Shown here piece after piece: positions 19,177-28,820 of a stretch of DNA of 64,000 bases. The DNA is from Bacteriovoracia bacterium (GTDB lineage Bacteria > Bdellovibrionota > UBA1018 > JBFWNL01): contig JBFWNL010000007.1 of the NCBI GenBank assembly GCA_050251055.1, positions 96,001-160,000 of the forward strand, written 5' to 3'. Below the pieces are notes generated by a model that saw only the letters and a program-made list of their open reading frames with translations, ran no database searches and was not told where the DNA came from. Within the stretch, counting starts at the first letter, position 1; every line of letters starts with the position of its first letter. The translations under genes were made by a program, and so were the position numbers.

Positions 19177-19998
19177 TTAGCGGACCCGGCACGAAGCCAG
19201 GGTGCGGGCCGCGCGCGGAGTGCCCGCGTTGCGCCGGTACTCGGTGACCGCGTCCACGATCGCCTGGGCGATGCGGTGCCGGCCCCATTTGGACATCATC
19301 ATCGTACGATCGACGACGCTGCTCATGAAGCCCGCTTCCACGAGCACGCTCGGCATGTCGGCTCCCAGTAACACGTAAAACAAAGCTTGCTTCACCCCGC
19401 GGTTCTTGCGCTTGCCCGTCTCGAGCGTCTTGGTTGCGCCCACGAGCTGGCCTTGAATTTTGCACGCGAGGTGCTTGCTTTCGCTCAGGTTGGCGTCAAT
19501 CAGCAGGTCCTTCACGATGAGCGAGACGTCCGATTTCTTCCCCGCCTTGGAACCTTCCAGCACGGCATTCTCCAGATCGGCGAGGCGTTTCGAGGACGCA
19601 TCCGTGGAGTTATTGAGAATATACGTTTCAAAACCTTCCGCGTCCGAGGCGTGATCCCGGGCAGAGTTCATGTGGAGTGAGATAAATAGATTGGCGCCTA
19701 AGCGATTGGCGATCGCCGTGCGATCGGTAAGGCCCATATCCAGGTCTTCCCGTCGGGTGAGGACGGCGCGCACGCCCTTGCCCTGGAGCTGGGCGGCGAC
19801 CTCCCTGGAAAGAAGAAGCGTGAGATCCTTCTCCGCGATCGCCTGCGCCCCATCCTTATAGATGGCGCCGTGATCGGATCCGCCGTGACCGGGGTCCAAA
19901 ACGACGAGGAACGGCTTACAGGCCGCCTCCGTCGGAGTGACCGCGGCCGTTACGAATAGAAGAGTGATGAGGCTGAGTTTTCTAATTCCTAAAAGCAT
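19177..19998 (-). CDS. N-acetylmuramoyl-L-alanine amidase (Amidase_3, AmiC-like)
   Basis: VVLDPGHGGSD, EKD, LFISLHMNS, FYVL, PSVLVEAGF. Confidence 0.93.
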   Translation of the reverse strand: MLLGIRKLSLITLLFVTAAVTPTEAACKPFLVVLDPGHGGSDHGAIYKDGAQAIAEKDLTLLLSREVAAQLQGKGVRAVLTRREDLDMGLTDRTAIANRLGANLFISLHMNSARDHASDAEGFETYILNNSTDASSKRLADLENAVLEGSKAGKKSDVSLIVKDLLIDANLSESKHLACKIQGQLVGATKTLETGKRKNRGVKQALFYVLLGADMPSVLVEAGFMSSVVDRTMMMSKWGRHRIAQAIVDAVTEYRRNAGTPRAARTLASCRVR

Positions 19999-20069
19999 TT
20001 ATACGTGCATTCCTTTGCACTTGCCGGGACCCGGGAGCCCTGGCAATAGCTTATGACGAGGAGAGCTTC

Positions 20070-21161
20070 ATGAGCAAGCTGAATGACTCGATCGGGGCTC
20101 TGGGAGCCTGGTTCGAGCGTCAAAAACGTGTCCTACCGTGGCGTGACGACCCAAGCCTGTACCGCGTATGGATCTCCGAGATCATGCTCCAGCAAACTCA
20201 GGTCGCGACCGTCGTACCGTATTTCAACCGGTTTATGACACGCTTCCCTAGGCTCGAAGATTTGGCGCAGGCCCCCGTGGAAGACGTTCTCGCTCAGTGG
20301 TCTGGTCTGGGGTACTACTCGCGTGCCCGTAACATTCATAAGGCCGCCCAGCGGGCCCATCGCGACGGTTTTCCGCAGAACCTCGCGGGCTGGCTCGAAA
20401 TGCCGGGCGTGGGTCCCTACACCGCCGGGGCGGTTCTTTCCATCGCGCTGGATCACGTCGTGCCCATTCTGGATGGAAATATCGAGCGCGTGATGTCGCG
20501 TCTGCGTCGAGTGGGACGGTACGAAGCCAAGAAGTCGCGACTTTGGCGGTTGTCGAAAATTTTTGTGAAGCGCGGCGCGGATTTGGGCGTGCGTCCACGC
20601 GTGTTGAATCAAGCGTTGATGGAGTTAGGCGCCACCGTTTGTACGCCAAAAAAACCGGCGTGCATGCTTTGTCCGCTGGCGGACATCTGCCGTGCGCGCG
20701 CCGCCGGCGACATGGAGGCCTACCCGCCGACGAAACCGAAAGCGCCGTGGGTCCAAGTGCGTGAAGACGTGCACTTGATCTTGGGGGCGGCCGGTCGCGG
20801 ATTACTCATGCGACAAGGGGTCGGTGACTGGCGGCAAGATCTCTGGGATCTGCCGGCGGATTCACCTTCGAAGCAGGACTTCGAGTCCCTGGGGTTCGTG
20901 GAAGTTCGTTACGTGGTGACCCGACACAAGGTGAGTCGACGGGCGACGATTTGGCGGGCGAAAACGGCGAAGCCCGTTTGGCGTGCGGCCGAAGCACAGT
21001 GGGTATCGTTGCCCCAGCTGACTACGGCGTGGGAAGAAGGAAAAGTGCCCCCACTACCGGTAGGCTCGGCGCTTAAGAAGACGCTTTTGGCGGTGCGAGC
21101 GCGGTATCCGGAAGCTTGGCGCGAAGCTGCGCCAAGAAATTCAAGGCCTGCAAAGGCGTGA
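20070..21161 (+). CDS. mutY: A/G-specific adenine glycosylase
   Basis: LPWR, VWISEIMLQQTQV, GLGYYSRARN, PGVGPYTA, DGNIERV, Fe-S motif C-x6-C-x2-C-x5-C. Confidence 0.95.
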   Translation: MSKLNDSIGALGAWFERQKRVLPWRDDPSLYRVWISEIMLQQTQVATVVPYFNRFMTRFPRLEDLAQAPVEDVLAQWSGLGYYSRARNIHKAAQRAHRDGFPQNLAGWLEMPGVGPYTAGAVLSIALDHVVPILDGNIERVMSRLRRVGRYEAKKSRLWRLSKIFVKRGADLGVRPRVLNQALMELGATVCTPKKPACMLCPLADICRARAAGDMEAYPPTKPKAPWVQVREDVHLILGAAGRGLLMRQGVGDWRQDLWDLPADSPSKQDFESLGFVEVRYVVTRHKVSRRATIWRAKTAKPVWRAAEAQWVSLPQLTTAWEEGKVPPLPVGSALKKTLLAVRARYPEAWREAAPRNSRPAKA

Positions 21162-23751
21162 ACTCATTTAAATTCGAATCGTAAAGTTCCTGGGCCAGTC
21201 TCGCGTGCGCTTCGGCGCGGGGATCCGGTTCGCGCACGGGAGCGGGCGCTGCCGCTACGGTGTCTGGCGCGCGCAGATTGAAGAGCGAGAGCTGGCTGGG
21301 GTCTTCCATCTGGCCGGCACCCGAACGACTTTGCGTTTCGAGTTTCTTCAGTACGTCCCAGGCATGGTGGATGATGGGTTCCGGTATGCCCGCGAGCTTG
21401 GCGACCTGGATCCCGAAGCTTTCGTTCGCCGCCCCCGGCCGTAACTTATAGAGGAATCGCAATGCGGACGCCTGGGCGCCGCCTTCGACCGCCATGTGGG
21501 CGTTGGCTAGGCGAGGGAGTTCTTCCGATAGGTGCGTGAGTTCGTGGTAGTGGGTCGCAAACAACGTGCGTGCTTCGATTTCGCGGCAGATCCAGCTTAA
21601 GGTGGCCCAAGCCACACTCATGCCGTCGAAGGTGCTGGTGCCACGGCCAATCTCGTCGAGCACGATGAGCGAGCGGTCGTCCGCGTGATGCAGGATGTGG
21701 GCGAGCTCGGTCATCTCCACCATGAACGTGCTTTGCCCGCGTGCGATGGCGTCGTGGGCGCCGATACGGGTGTAAAGCGAGTGGAATTTGCCCCAACGCG
21801 CGGAACGCGCTGGTACGGGGGCACCCATCTGACCGAGGATCACGATGAGGGCGATCTGGCGCATGATCGTCGATTTACCGCCCATGTTCGGGCCAGTGAT
21901 CAGGAGAGTTTGGCGTGTGTCGGGCGAGAGCTCCAGGTCGTTCGGCACGAACTTGCCGGGCTGAGAAGCGTCCACCAACGGGTGGCGTCCGTCACGGATT
22001 TCGAGCGCGAGCGTGGCGTCGATCTTTGGAAAGCACCAACCGGGTTCCAAGCCCAGCTGCGCGAGCGACCCCAGGGCGTCGAGCTGGCCGAGGCCGGTGG
22101 CCGCATTCATAATATGTGGGGTGAGCGCGCGGATTTCCGCGACCAGGTCTTCAAATAGTTTCGTTTCGAGCGCCTTCTGGCGGGTGGAGGCGTTGATGAT
22201 CTTGTCTTCAAAGTCCTTCAGCTCGTCGTGGAAGAAGCGCTCGGCGTTCACCGTGCTCTGTTTGCGCTGGTAGTGCGCGGGCACCTGCTTGAGATTCGCC
22301 TTGGTGACCTCAATGTAATACCCAAACACGCGATTGTAGCGGATCTTTAGGGATGAAATGCCCGTTGCCTCGCGCTCGCGCGCTTCCATCTCGATCAGGC
22401 GTTTTTCGCCTTCCTGGGTGAGCAGGATCAGTTCGTCGAGCTCGGGCGTGGTGCCAAGATTGAAAACACCGCCATCGCGGACGACGAGCGGAGCTTCGTC
22501 GCGCTGGGTACGAAGGATGCGATCGGTGAGGGGGCCTAGCGCCTCAAAGGCAGTGCGCAGGGAAGCCGCCTGGGCCTGGATCAGCGGCGCCGAGAAGGGT
22601 TTCAGCTCCGCGGCCAAGCCCGGGAGCGTGCGCAGTGAGCGTCCGAGCGCCAAGGTGTCGCGCGGGTTCGCCAACCCCGTAGCTACGCGGCCCAAGATTC
22701 GTTCCAGGTCGTAAACTTCCGCGAGCTGGGTTTGTAGCCGCTTCAGGCCGGCGCCATCGCGCCCCAACGACTGCACCCCTACCTGGCGTTCGGCGATCGC
22801 TTTTTCGTCGCAAAGTGGCTCTAATAACCAGCGCTTTAGCTGGCGCGCCCCCAGGGCGGTCTTCGTGCGGTTCATCCAGTCGTAAAGATTCGGCGTGCCG
22901 TCGGCGGCGGGGAGCAGGTCTAGGTGTTGAGCCGTGCGCGGCCCGAGCTGCAGCGAAGTGTCGCGGCGGAACGTCCGCGGCGGTTTCAAATGCGCGAGCG
23001 TGTCGAGCTTCTGCAGGCGCTGGGTGTAGAAAATCAGTAGAGCCAATCCGTAGGCGGCGGCTTCGTGCGGAAAGTGGGACTCGAGCGAAGACCAGCCGAA
23101 GGCTTTTTTTACCAAGGCGAGCGCGGGTTCATGATTGAGGTAATGCGGAGGCAGCGCTTCGACTAGCGTTTGGGATTCCGGGCCGGCAAGGCCCTCGGGT
23201 AATCCGGTCATCCCGGCCAAGATCCAATGGCGGACATTCAACGTCCCGCACTGGGTAGAGAGTTCTTGGGCGTCGAGCGGTGGGGTGAGGAACGATTCGC
23301 CGGTAGCGGGGTCGAAAGCCACAAAAACCCAACTGGGCGCGGCGCCGGGAATCGGTACGAGCGTCGCCAGGAACGCGGCATCCGTCTCGAGGGATTCGAA
23401 TTGCACCGCGGGGGTAAAGATTCGGGTGATGTCACGGCGGACGATGCCCTTGGCCGTTTCGGGGTCTTCGACTTGTTCGCCGATGGCGACCTTCTTGCCC
23501 GCCTTCAAAAGTTTCTGGATGTAGCCCTGGGCGCTGTGGTGGGGAACGCCGGCCATGGGCATCGGGTCGGGTTTCGATTTGTCACGCGAAGTGAGCGTGA
23601 TGCCTAGAATTCGGGAAGCGACGACGGCGTCGTCCCCGAAGAGCTCGTAGAAATCGCCCATGCGGAAGAACAAAAGTGCGTCCCCGGCCTGCTCTTGGAC
23701 TTTGGCCTTGAGATCCCAGTACTGGCGCATGAGGGGAGTAAGCTCTGACAT
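21073..23751 (-). CDS. mutS: DNA mismatch repair protein MutS
   Basis: TPLMRQY, FFRMGDFYELF, TGPNMGGKST, STFMVEM, DEIGRGTST, FATHYHEL. Start at ATG 23751. Confidence 0.97.
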   Translation of the reverse strand: MSELTPLMRQYWDLKAKVQEQAGDALLFFRMGDFYELFGDDAVVASRILGITLTSRDKSKPDPMPMAGVPHHSAQGYIQKLLKAGKKVAIGEQVEDPETAKGIVRRDITRIFTPAVQFESLETDAAFLATLVPIPGAAPSWVFVAFDPATGESFLTPPLDAQELSTQCGTLNVRHWILAGMTGLPEGLAGPESQTLVEALPPHYLNHEPALALVKKAFGWSSLESHFPHEAAAYGLALLIFYTQRLQKLDTLAHLKPPRTFRRDTSLQLGPRTAQHLDLLPAADGTPNLYDWMNRTKTALGARQLKRWLLEPLCDEKAIAERQVGVQSLGRDGAGLKRLQTQLAEVYDLERILGRVATGLANPRDTLALGRSLRTLPGLAAELKPFSAPLIQAQAASLRTAFEALGPLTDRILRTQRDEAPLVVRDGGVFNLGTTPELDELILLTQEGEKRLIEMEAREREATGISSLKIRYNRVFGYYIEVTKANLKQVPAHYQRKQSTVNAERFFHDELKDFEDKIINASTRQKALETKLFEDLVAEIRALTPHIMNAATGLGQLDALGSLAQLGLEPGWCFPKIDATLALEIRDGRHPLVDASQPGKFVPNDLELSPDTRQTLLITGPNMGGKSTIMRQIALIVILGQMGAPVPARSARWGKFHSLYTRIGAHDAIARGQSTFMVEMTELAHILHHADDRSLIVLDEIGRGTSTFDGMSVAWATLSWICREIEARTLFATHYHELTHLSEELPRLANAHMAVEGGAQASALRFLYKLRPGAANESFGIQVAKLAGIPEPIIHHAWDVLKKLETQSRSGAGQMEDPSQLSLFNLRAPDTVAAAPAPVREPDPRAEAHARLAQELYDSNLNEFTPLQALNFLAQLRAKLPDTALAPPKASS

Positions 23752-23912
23752 CGGTGCTTTGCAGATAGCAGACGCGCCGGGGGTCGCCCAGACTTTTTTG
23801 CCGGCACTCGGCAGCGGTTGCCGCACGGAGCCGTCCCCGTCTTTGCGTCAGTCCCTTGGCGGATAAAATGCCTTTTTCATCATGGGCTTTGCGCGGTACG
23901 GCAAAGGTCGCG

Positions 23913-23929
23913 TTGGTATGGGGCTTGCT
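23913..23929 (+). promoter_or_regulatory. sigma54 (-24/-12) promoter
   Basis: TTGGTATGGGGCTTGCT, GG-N10-GC, just before the GGAGG SD of the 23953 gene. Confidence 0.65.
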
Positions 23930-23952
23930 GATTACCTCCCGGAGGATTTCGC

Positions 23953-26013
23953 ATGTCCGGAGTATCCCCCAGCGGGGACCCAACCTACTACCATGACCTA
24001 GTCGCGAACTACCGTCGCGCCAACGAGGACTTGGAAGAGCAGAACAAGACCGAGCGGGAGCAGGCCGCCGAGCGCCAAGAGGCCCACAACCAGGCTTCGG
24101 AGCGAAAGACCAAGGACGCGATTCAATCCATTGAAGATTCCTATGAGCGCACGATCAAGAACGTGAAGCGCTCGGCAAATGAAACCCTCGAAGACTCCCG
24201 TAACGTGGACCGTGAACAGTACCAGGACCTGAAGCGTTCCACTTACAACCGATACGGGGCGTACCAGAACGAGGTGAACGACGCGAAGCGTGCGGTCGCG
24301 GAAACCGAAAAATCCTGGCAGAACGTACACCGGCAAGATCAAGAAAAGCTCCAAGACATGGAGCAGCGGCATACGCAGTCGATCAATCGGATGAATCGTC
24401 AGCAAGCGAACGAGCTGCACGACGCGGTTACGCGCGTGCGCGATGATGCTTCCGAGCAGCATGCGCAAAGCGTGCAGCGGGAGCGGGAGGATTTTTACGG
24501 ATTCCGCAAACGCATCCAGGACACTTATGACCAGGCCGCCACGGAGCTGCATAAGGATGCTGCCAAGCAGAGGAATCACAATTTGGAAGAGATTGCGAAG
24601 CTCGAGCGCCTCGGGAATGAGCGCGCCGATGAGGCTCGGCTCGTTGACGAGCGTAAGCGAGCGGACATTTCTCGCACTATGGACCATCGGATGGGCCAGC
24701 AGCTTGAGGCTCAGCGCATCTCCCACACCGAAGAGATGACGGATTTGCGCGGCCGCGCGAAAATGGCCGCCGATGCCCAGGCAAACTACATGCGCGATAA
24801 GAACTTGGGCCGCGTCGAGGCGATCAAGGACGTCGAGAGCGACTGGAAAATGCGGGAACGCCAGATCATGGACACGGCGATGCAGGAGAAGGAAAAGCTT
24901 AAGGCCGATGTCGTCGACACGGAGTCTTACCTTCGCGCGCAGAATCAAAGTACTTTGAGCGAGAAGGACGCCTACTTCACACGGGTGATCGGCCGCCAGA
25001 ACGCCGAGAACCTAAAGGAACGACAAGAGCTGCAGAGCACGTTTGACCGCGCGAAGGGGGAGCTGGATCTCCGCAATCAGCGCGACCGCGAAATGTCCGC
25101 TAAACGTCTGGAGAGTGCGCTCGATGTAGCCAATCAACAGCGTAACGAGGCATTGGCCGATCAAGCGCGCCAGTACCAGGAGACCGGGGGCCGTCAGCGT
25201 CAGGAAATGCGCCAGCAGATTGCGCAGCTGGAAAAGAAAGTGCAAGTGGCGGAAACCACCGATGATCCGAGCAAGATTTCGCCTGCGGCCGAGCAGGCCG
25301 TACGCCGGAACGTGATCGGGGAGTATCAACGCATCTTCCAAGCCGACAAGGAGCGTAACGACGAAACGATGAACCGCTTGCGGAGGGGGCTCGCGGACGA
25401 TCTCGAGAGCGAAAAGCTACGTAACCGCTCAAGCGAGATGAAGATGTCCCGCACTCATATGGCGGAGCAGGACGCCGAGCGGTCCCAGTTCTATGCGTTC
25501 GTGCAGGACACCGAGCAGCAGACGAATCAAAAGCTGGCCATGAAGGAAGACGAGTCTCAGCGGGGAATGGAGGCCTTGATTCGAAATCATACCCGCCAGT
25601 CCGAGCGAGTCCGTCGGGATACGGAAGATCGGGCGTTGGCCCAGGATCTAAACGCCAAGGCCCGCCTTCAATCCACGCAGCAGGACGCTGATTTTAACGA
25701 AAAAATGACCCATCGCAAGCACGCGCACGAACTGACCCAGCAGGCGCGTGAGTTTAACCGCGCGATGAACCTAAAAGATGAAGAAACGAAGCGCGCGCTC
25801 GATGACATGAAACACGAGACGGATAAACGCATTAACGATATCGAGCGTGAAAAACGATTAGCCCTGGACTCACAGGCGCGTACCTACGAACAAAGAATCA
25901 AGGAACTTGAGGCTTCCAATAACGAGCGGCAGCGTGTTATGGCTTCCAACTACGAAGACCAACTGGAGAGAGTAAAACAGTCGAATGCCCGACTCATCCA
26001 ACGAAAGAGCTAA
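23953..26013 (+). CDS. Long cytoplasmic coiled-coil protein (686 aa)
   Basis: E/Q/R/K/A-rich throughout, very few Pro, no signal peptide or TM; GGAGG SD. Confidence 0.85.
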   Translation: MSGVSPSGDPTYYHDLVANYRRANEDLEEQNKTEREQAAERQEAHNQASERKTKDAIQSIEDSYERTIKNVKRSANETLEDSRNVDREQYQDLKRSTYNRYGAYQNEVNDAKRAVAETEKSWQNVHRQDQEKLQDMEQRHTQSINRMNRQQANELHDAVTRVRDDASEQHAQSVQREREDFYGFRKRIQDTYDQAATELHKDAAKQRNHNLEEIAKLERLGNERADEARLVDERKRADISRTMDHRMGQQLEAQRISHTEEMTDLRGRAKMAADAQANYMRDKNLGRVEAIKDVESDWKMRERQIMDTAMQEKEKLKADVVDTESYLRAQNQSTLSEKDAYFTRVIGRQNAENLKERQELQSTFDRAKGELDLRNQRDREMSAKRLESALDVANQQRNEALADQARQYQETGGRQRQEMRQQIAQLEKKVQVAETTDDPSKISPAAEQAVRRNVIGEYQRIFQADKERNDETMNRLRRGLADDLESEKLRNRSSEMKMSRTHMAEQDAERSQFYAFVQDTEQQTNQKLAMKEDESQRGMEALIRNHTRQSERVRRDTEDRALAQDLNAKARLQSTQQDADFNEKMTHRKHAHELTQQAREFNRAMNLKDEETKRALDDMKHETDKRINDIEREKRLALDSQARTYEQRIKELEASNNERQRVMASNYEDQLERVKQSNARLIQRKS

Positions 26014-27502
26014 CAGAAGAGTTAAAATCGTCTGCACGCTAGGCCCCGCGAGCGAAACCCCGGAAAAAATCCAAGGACTGATCGACGCCGGCATGAACGT
26101 CGCGCGCTTGAACTTCAGCCACGGCACGGCCGCGTTCCACCGGGGCCTGTGCACGCGGGTCCGCGAGGGCGCGAAGCGTGCGGGACGCAACGTCGCGGTC
26201 ATGCAGGACCTGCAGGGACCCAAGATTCGCGTGGGCGTCCTGCCCAAGGGCGGCGTTACGTTCAAGGCTGGGGACACCCTGCGTCTGTACCCGGAAAGCA
26301 GCGAGGGCGGCGCGGAAAAGAGCGCCCCGCCCGCCGCCCAGGGAGGGGAGATCCTCGTTCCGCTGCCGGTCGATCTCGCGGGACCGATCAGCAAGGCCGT
26401 GAAGAAAGGCGCGCGGATTCTCTTTGACGACGGGTTGATCGCTACCCGGGTCGCGAAAACTTCCGGCATGGAGATCTTTCTCGAGGTCGAGCAGGGCGGG
26501 AAGCTCACGAGCAACAAAGGGATGAATCTCCCAGGTTCTCCGCTGCCGATCCCCAGCTGCACCGAAAAAGACCTGCGCGATTTGAAAGAAGGGCTGGCCA
26601 TGGGCGTGGATGCCGTCGCGCTCTCTTTCGTGCGCTCCTACAAAGACGTCGAGTTCGTGCAGGATCAGATCCGCAAGAACTCTAACCATCGTCCGCTCGT
26701 GATTTCTAAAGTGGAGCGCGAGGAAGCAGTCGATAGTTTCGAATCGGTGATCGAAGTGTCCGACGGCATCCTCATCGCCCGCGGCGACATGGCGGTGGAA
26801 ATCGGCCCGGATCGGGTACCGGTGGTCCAAAAACAATTGATTTACGCCTGTAACGAGCTCGGGGTGCCGATCATCACCGCCACGCAGATGCTCGAGTCGA
26901 TGGTGAACTCGCCCACGCCCACGCGCGCCGAAGCGAGCGACGTCGCCAACGCCGTATTCGACGGCACGGACGCCGTGATGCTTTCGGCGGAAACCGCTTC
27001 CGGGCAGTTTCCGGCCGAGACGGTGCGCATAATGGATCAGATTATCCGGGGCGCCGAAGGCTCGAGCTACGGCAACGTGAAAGCCCACAAGATTCAGCCC
27101 CTGAAGGGGTCCATCGTCGATTCCATCCAGTTCAGCGCGGCCCGTATCGCCCAGCACGTGAACGCCACCGCGATCGTGGCGATTACCCATTCGGGCACCG
27201 CCGCGCGGACACTCGCGAAATACCGGCCCGAGACGCCGATCATCGCGCTCATGGATAACGAGAATTCGCTCGCCAAGCTCGCCTTTAGCTGGGGCGTGGA
27301 AGGCGTGCTGATCCCAGAAATCCTCTCCACCGACGATTTGTTCCAGATGATCGAGCGCGTGTTGCTGGAGCACAAGCTGGCTCGGAACGAGGACTACGTG
27401 GTCGTCACCGCGGGCATCCCGTCACTCCGACGGGGCACCACAAATATGGTGAAGGTGCATTGCATCGGCGCGGTCATTGAGCGCGCTTCCCGAAAAATTT
27501 AA
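25985..27502 (+). CDS. pyk: Pyruvate kinase
   Basis: KIVCTLGPAS, ARLNFSHG, DLQGPKIR, IARGDM, ATQMLESM, PTRAEASDVANA, MLSAETA. Confidence 0.97.
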   Translation: MPDSSNERANRRVKIVCTLGPASETPEKIQGLIDAGMNVARLNFSHGTAAFHRGLCTRVREGAKRAGRNVAVMQDLQGPKIRVGVLPKGGVTFKAGDTLRLYPESSEGGAEKSAPPAAQGGEILVPLPVDLAGPISKAVKKGARILFDDGLIATRVAKTSGMEIFLEVEQGGKLTSNKGMNLPGSPLPIPSCTEKDLRDLKEGLAMGVDAVALSFVRSYKDVEFVQDQIRKNSNHRPLVISKVEREEAVDSFESVIEVSDGILIARGDMAVEIGPDRVPVVQKQLIYACNELGVPIITATQMLESMVNSPTPTRAEASDVANAVFDGTDAVMLSAETASGQFPAETVRIMDQIIRGAEGSSYGNVKAHKIQPLKGSIVDSIQFSAARIAQHVNATAIVAITHSGTAARTLAKYRPETPIIALMDNENSLAKLAFSWGVEGVLIPEILSTDDLFQMIERVLLEHKLARNEDYVVVTAGIPSLRRGTTNMVKVHCIGAVIERASRKI

Positions 27503-27515
27503 CCGTCCGAAATAC

Positions 27516-27550
27516 AAAAGGCCCGACGAAGAACTCGCCGGGCCTTCCTT
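27516..27550. terminator. Intrinsic terminator between convergent genes
   Basis: AAGGCCCG...CGGGCCTT stem; U-tract on the minus strand. Confidence 0.75.
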
Positions 27551-27589
27551 CAGAAACGCGTCGCGTTCCCGAAATGAAACGGATATCGA

Positions 27590-28000
27590 TTAGGCGGCTT
27601 TGAGCAGGGTCTTTTTCTCGATACCCTGCCAGCCGCGGTTCAATTTCTGGTAACGGCGGACATTGCGGGAAAAGTCCGTGGTGAAGCCGCGTTGATACTT
27701 CGTAAACACGCGGTCCAGGTAGTTGTAGTAAGTCTTATAGAGGTGCGTAGCTAGGAAGTTGCCGAACCACGACTTCGGAAATGTGCGGCCTACTTTGTAG
27801 CGGCGGGAGAAGCCACGCACTTCGTGGTTCATGAGGCGGTACCAGGTATTCGCTTCCGATGAGTGGATGAAGTTGCCGACGAAGATGTTCTTGCCATCGA
27901 AGGTGAATCCGACTTCCCAGCCCATCCCGGCGGGTTTTTGGTATGCTTTGCATACGAGCTTTCCATTGCGATAAATCTTGGTTTTCATCAAAGTCTTCAT
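27590..28000 (-). CDS. Small basic, aromatic-rich hypothetical protein
   Basis: TAAGGAG SD; 136 aa rich in K/R/F/Y; followed by a terminator. Confidence 0.8.
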   Translation of the reverse strand: MKTLMKTKIYRNGKLVCKAYQKPAGMGWEVGFTFDGKNIFVGNFIHSSEANTWYRLMNHEVRGFSRRYKVGRTFPKSWFGNFLATHLYKTYYNYLDRVFTKYQRGFTTDFSRNVRRYQKLNRGWQGIEKKTLLKAA

Positions 28001-28142
28001 CGATTCTCCTTATGGTTTGGTTACAACCAGGAGACTCTTCGGAAGCGCCGCGGGGCGCATTGAGCAAAGAATTCTCAAGTGCCGATTTCTGTCATTGCGG
28101 TGGAAACGACCTGGGCCTCGGACGCCGCAGCAAAGGCGGTGA

Positions 28143-28820
28143 TTATTCGTCCAACGCGACGAGTTCGAAAGCTTTTCGGTTCGCGTCGTACACGACGGAG
28201 GTCGGTGATTTTTCCCACTGCACGAGCTGAATCACGTCGCACTGAGATACCAGTGACACGGTCGCGGCGCCATCGGCGGCGGGTTTTGAATAATCCCCCT
28301 TTTCGCCAATCGCGAGCTCATCGACTTTCGGGGCGTCCAAAGGAATGAGTGGAAGGGCAGGGTCCCCCGGTAAGATGACCAGCTGGGATCGCGGCTTATC
28401 CAGGAGCACGGCGTCGTCGTCCTTCCCGTCGCAGTCGAAATCATGCTTCAGGTGAAATGCCGGAAAGAGCCCACGAGTGGTGAGGCTCGTCATGCCGCCG
28501 CTGGTGGCAAGCTCGTAGACGCGTTCGACCAGGGTGCCGAGCGTCCGCACGCGCGCTTCGGGAAACCGCGCTTGGATGCGTTTCTCCAGGGCGTCAATCC
28601 CTTTTTCCTGCCGGGCTCTGTCGTAGTAAGGCGTGAGTCGGTCCCGGATATCGCCGTAGGTCTCGCGTCCCGAGAGCGGGTCTTCGAGATCGGCTTCGGA
28701 GCGTTTCTGTTCGAGAAAGTACGTGAGGGCCGCGGGTTTACGTTTGAAGATCAGATGCGTGCCGACGGCGCCGCAGACGAGGATCGCGATCAGAACGGTA
28801 AGGAGCGTGTCCCGCGACAT
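28143..28820 (-). CDS. Hypothetical membrane-anchored protein
   Basis: N-terminal TM; DFDCDGKDD Ca-binding/FG-GAP-like motif; start abuts the serB stop. Confidence 0.7.
   Translation of the reverse strand: MSRDTLLTVLIAILVCGAVGTHLIFKRKPAALTYFLEQKRSEADLEDPLSGRETYGDIRDRLTPYYDRARQEKGIDALEKRIQARFPEARVRTLGTLVERVYELATSGGMTSLTTRGLFPAFHLKHDFDCDGKDDDAVLLDKPRSQLVILPGDPALPLIPLDAPKVDELAIGEKGDYSKPAADGAATVSLVSQCDVIQLVQWEKSPTSVVYDANRKAFELVALDE

Noticed and set aside
23998-24948. 316-aa Leu-rich minus-strand ORF
   Set aside because: Mirror of the E/Q/K-rich coiled-coil gene.
26039-27373. 444-aa minus-strand ORF
   Set aside because: Antisense shadow of pyk, typical of GC-rich codon bias; no motifs.
28063-28084. 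Possible sigma54 promoter (CGGCAC...TTGCT) for the 28000 gene
   Set aside because: GG-to-GC spacing is 16 nt, not 10.
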